NCBI RefSeq assembly: GCF_025526975.1
Contig: NW_026515677.1
Span: 496,001 to 560,000, forward strand
Direction: 5' to 3'
DNA from: Fimicolochytrium jonesii
Lineage: Eukaryota
Length of the DNA: 64,000 bases
The notes under the pieces were generated by a model. The model saw nothing but the letters and a program-made list of their open reading frames with translations. It was not told where the DNA came from and did not search any database. Of the stretch, positions 60,950 through 64,000 are shown piece after piece (the first letter of the stretch is position 1; each line of letters begins with the position of its first letter). The translations under genes and the position numbers were made by a program.

Positions 60950-62056
60950 ATGGGAACCTGGTCTTCATCGTCGACCTTGCCGATCAAGTTGTCGGGGGCT
61001 ACAATCGAGTTCTATTCGCTACAATGGGTTTCACGGACGGCTCGACGGGTCCTGTACCTGTGGTCCTGCGGAAGCCTATTATATCATCCCATCGAGATGA
61101 CCATTTCACCGGTAGTCACGCAATACTATCTCCAATTGAAAACGAATGTTCCTGTTCCAAAGCTATATGGAATCCTTGGGGACATTGCGGTCATGAAACG
61201 GGTGCCTGGCGAACCTCTTGCGAAAGCGTGGGCATCGATGCCTCTCTCGAGCAAAGGAGAAGTCGTTAAGCAACTAGCGAACATTCAAGCCCGGCTCCTG
61301 CGCATACGCCTGCGGACGATTGGACGCTTCCAATGGGATCCCAGTCTGTTCGCCTCCCAGCCGCAAACACCACGCTTCAAAGTGGGAACGGGAATATGTA
61401 GCGATCTCGGCCCTCAGAAATCAATCGGAGGCCTATTCAAGACGCTTATCGGAAGCTTGTCGGAAAAGTTAAATGAAAACAACCGAACGAAAGCTTTGCT
61501 CAGCAGAGTACGCAGTCGCGTCGCCTCAATTGTGAACGACAAAAACTGCAACCACAAGCGGAAGGGACTCGCCTTGGAGCACGATGACTTGGACCCGAGG
61601 AACATTATGGTGGACAAGGACCATGTCACTGGCATTCTTGATTGGGATGGAGCCACGGTTATCCCGAGAGAACTTGCCTCACCAGGCCTCCCCTGGTTAC
61701 AAGGTACGTACGGAATGTCAGAGGCGGAAGAAAGGGAGATCGCAACATTGTTTAACATCTACGAGACAACTCTGGAGCGAGCTGGTGAGGGGGAGAAGGC
61801 CCTCAAGTTGCGCGAGGCAACTCGATACGATGCACCACCTGGTCTAAGTGATCTCTGGGTCCTGCTTTCCATCGAGAAGACGTTTGGTTGGGCCGAAGTG
61901 AGCGGCGTCTGTTTCGCTGATCAATTAGAACGTTGGCTGGGTAATGAATCAATGACACTACAGTGTCCAAAAGCTTCTCGTCTCAGAGGGGAAGGGAACG
62001 GTATTTTTCGCCGTCTGAGTGCCACAGAATATCAAAATCAAAACGAAAATCGGTAG
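60950..62056 (+). CDS. APH/choline-kinase-like phosphotransferase
   Basis: VPVPKLY, VMKRVPGEPL, LEHDDLDPRNIMV and GILDWDG motifs; true start uncertain. Confidence 0.85.
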   Translation: MGTWSSSSTLPIKLSGATIEFYSLQWVSRTARRVLYLWSCGSLLYHPIEMTISPVVTQYYLQLKTNVPVPKLYGILGDIAVMKRVPGEPLAKAWASMPLSSKGEVVKQLANIQARLLRIRLRTIGRFQWDPSLFASQPQTPRFKVGTGICSDLGPQKSIGGLFKTLIGSLSEKLNENNRTKALLSRVRSRVASIVNDKNCNHKRKGLALEHDDLDPRNIMVDKDHVTGILDWDGATVIPRELASPGLPWLQGTYGMSEAEEREIATLFNIYETTLERAGEGEKALKLREATRYDAPPGLSDLWVLLSIEKTFGWAEVSGVCFADQLERWLGNESMTLQCPKASRLRGEGNGIFRRLSATEYQNQNENR

Positions 62057-62681
62057 TGCGTCTAGCACGGTTCTCGATATTGAGAAAGCGCCTCGCGAAG
62101 GCATCATAGAAGAGGGAAGAATCTCTACGATATATGCAGGGCAGTACATTCAGCTGAAACAGATGAAGATGGGTTGTCCGTTGGACATAAGCGTTTGCTT
62201 TCGGAAACGATGGAGAATACGGAGGGCAAACCGCTTATTGAGTGTCTTCGCCGAAACGCGGCCAGGTGGTATCGACGGAAACAGAAAGGAGCAAAGATCA
62301 TCTTCGCCGGCTACAGCTGAGGAGCCGCTCAGGCGTTTTGCGCAGCCACCCTGCTGGGAACTCCAGTCCACTGTATTCAGTTAGTGGTCCACCGCAAGCG
62401 ACTTCCTCACACGGCCGTTTCTGCTCAGGAAAGCTAGACGTTGTGCGGAACCTACGTTGACTTGTGTGGTTGCTCTGCTGGTATCCATCTCGTGTTTGTC
62501 TTATATTGTGTCCTTGACATAAATATAGATGCGAGAAATCATCTTGCTCTTGTTCTCACATATATTGCGATATAAAGATAATCGGTAGCTAATTCGACAT
62601 CAACAAACCATCAACAACTATCATAATCATCATCAACAATCATCACTATGGTCCTCATTACAGATTCACTCAAGGAATGCC

Positions 62682-63329
62682 TTGGATATCTTCGTATCCG
62701 GCGAGAGGCCTGGAACCGGAAGGATGAGTCTCGGAAGAAGGAAGGAAAGGTATTTACGGGAAGATGACCCCATGGGACTCGCTCAGATCGTCAACTCTCA
62801 ATACATCAAGGATGAACACTTGGAACACTTGGAACACTTGGCACTTCCACCGTATGAGATGGCCATGAAGCACTCTCCCATGGGTGAACGAGGGACACAT
62901 GACGACGATAACGTACCGCTTGGGGTACTGCTTTCAACCATCAGGCAAAGGAGCTTCACCGTGTCGTTGCTTTCCCCCAATCCCAGTCTGATCGTGACTG
63001 GCCTCGCGCCTGGTGATGGCCCGCGCTTTGCAGAAGACGTCGTCGCAAGATTCCCTCGTGACATGAAGGTGCGTTACCGGTTGTATTCAGAGTCCGGGGC
63101 ACAGAAGGAAGCTCATGACTTCCTCTTCGTTTTTGATCAAGCTGATGAAGACTTGACGTCCATGTATAAAGCCTATGCCGCGGTGCTCAGGTTTCCATCC
63201 GCATCTTGTTTCTCTATGTTAGTTCGTTGGACCGCTAAACGACATCCCGGATCGTGTCTGGTGGTTGACATCCGGGACAATTACGTCCCTCTTCAAGATA
63301 GGGTGTTATACTATGTGATACGGAAGTGA
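62682..63329 (+). CDS. Hypothetical protein (start uncertain)
   Basis: 215-codon open frame with protein-like composition; no recognisable motif. Confidence 0.4.
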   Translation: MDIFVSGERPGTGRMSLGRRKERYLREDDPMGLAQIVNSQYIKDEHLEHLEHLALPPYEMAMKHSPMGERGTHDDDNVPLGVLLSTIRQRSFTVSLLSPNPSLIVTGLAPGDGPRFAEDVVARFPRDMKVRYRLYSESGAQKEAHDFLFVFDQADEDLTSMYKAYAAVLRFPSASCFSMLVRWTAKRHPGSCLVVDIRDNYVPLQDRVLYYVIRK

Positions 63330-64000
63330 TGGCGCCCCTACTATTGATTCAGTGCATCGAGTCCATCGAGTTCAGCGAATTTCATGGAGTTCATTATGTT
63401 AAGCAGGGTTATCAAGTTCATTCAGGATGAGACTTGCGAAGCCGCGCGGCAGGCTATAGAAGACTGAAGAGATGATGATCACCGCTGAGATGAAAACGAT
63501 GAATGCAACGACGGTCATCCTGAGCAGGTCTGAAGTCTCGAAGCATGCGCGCTTTGTGTTTATAAGGCCAAGGAGCACCGTGTAGTTCTTATCGATAAGA
63601 ATCGCGCGCATGACGGGCAATCCGAAAAAATAATATGTGTCTCAAGATAACTGTCACCTTTTTTCATCATTAAGAGAAACGCGCTGACGAGGAAACTAAA
63701 GTGTCGAAATCCTGTCGATCCATGAGTTCTTGCTTTTGCCCAGAACCTCTCCTGAGACCCCATTTCTGAGCATGGACCTGATATTATGCAAGTTTCCATT
63801 GATCCAGTAACGGATCGTTTGGCGTAAGTTTCAGCACTCCGTCAGTCTATCGATGGGGACTCATTCCTATCCGTTGCAGAATCTTGCGCTTCTTGATTCC
63901 CATGCAAAACTGTACCGCACATCTAAGGAGCGTATTCGAGGCAATCCCCATCGACTTCAGACACATCCATCCCTCGTTCCCCTGCCTTTTTACCTTCTCA

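Noticed and set aside
63399..63620. 73-aa hydrophobic minus-strand ORF
   Set aside because: Could be a terminal exon of a membrane protein, but there is no supporting motif or upstream exon

Overview
Gene-dense, intron-containing eukaryotic DNA, most likely from a flagellated early-diverging fungus (chytrid-like). The evidence is short GT-AG introns, fungal housekeeping genes, a CFAP70 axonemal gene and TTAGGG-type repeats. About 24 ordinary host genes flank a nested mobile-element island at ~39.37-47.3 kb. The highlight is a 7-exon Fanzor1 gene (eukaryotic TnpB-like RNA-guided nuclease) on the minus strand, 43367->39496, which the ORF track shows only as unrelated fragments. All three RuvC catalytic motifs and the Zn finger can be rebuilt by hand. 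A structured omegaRNA-like segment follows the stop codon, and degenerate inverted ends frame the element. This copy is inactivated by a 530-bp solo LTR with a 5-bp TSD, two in-frame TGA codons at likely Arg positions and a 1-nt frameshift. Next to it are a minisatellite, a MITE-like inverted repeat, a truncated Tc1, interstitial telomeric repeats and an intact Tc1 (DD34E), which has an internally deleted 508-bp copy at 8.2 kb. All gene models and alignments were read by eye; no searches were run.
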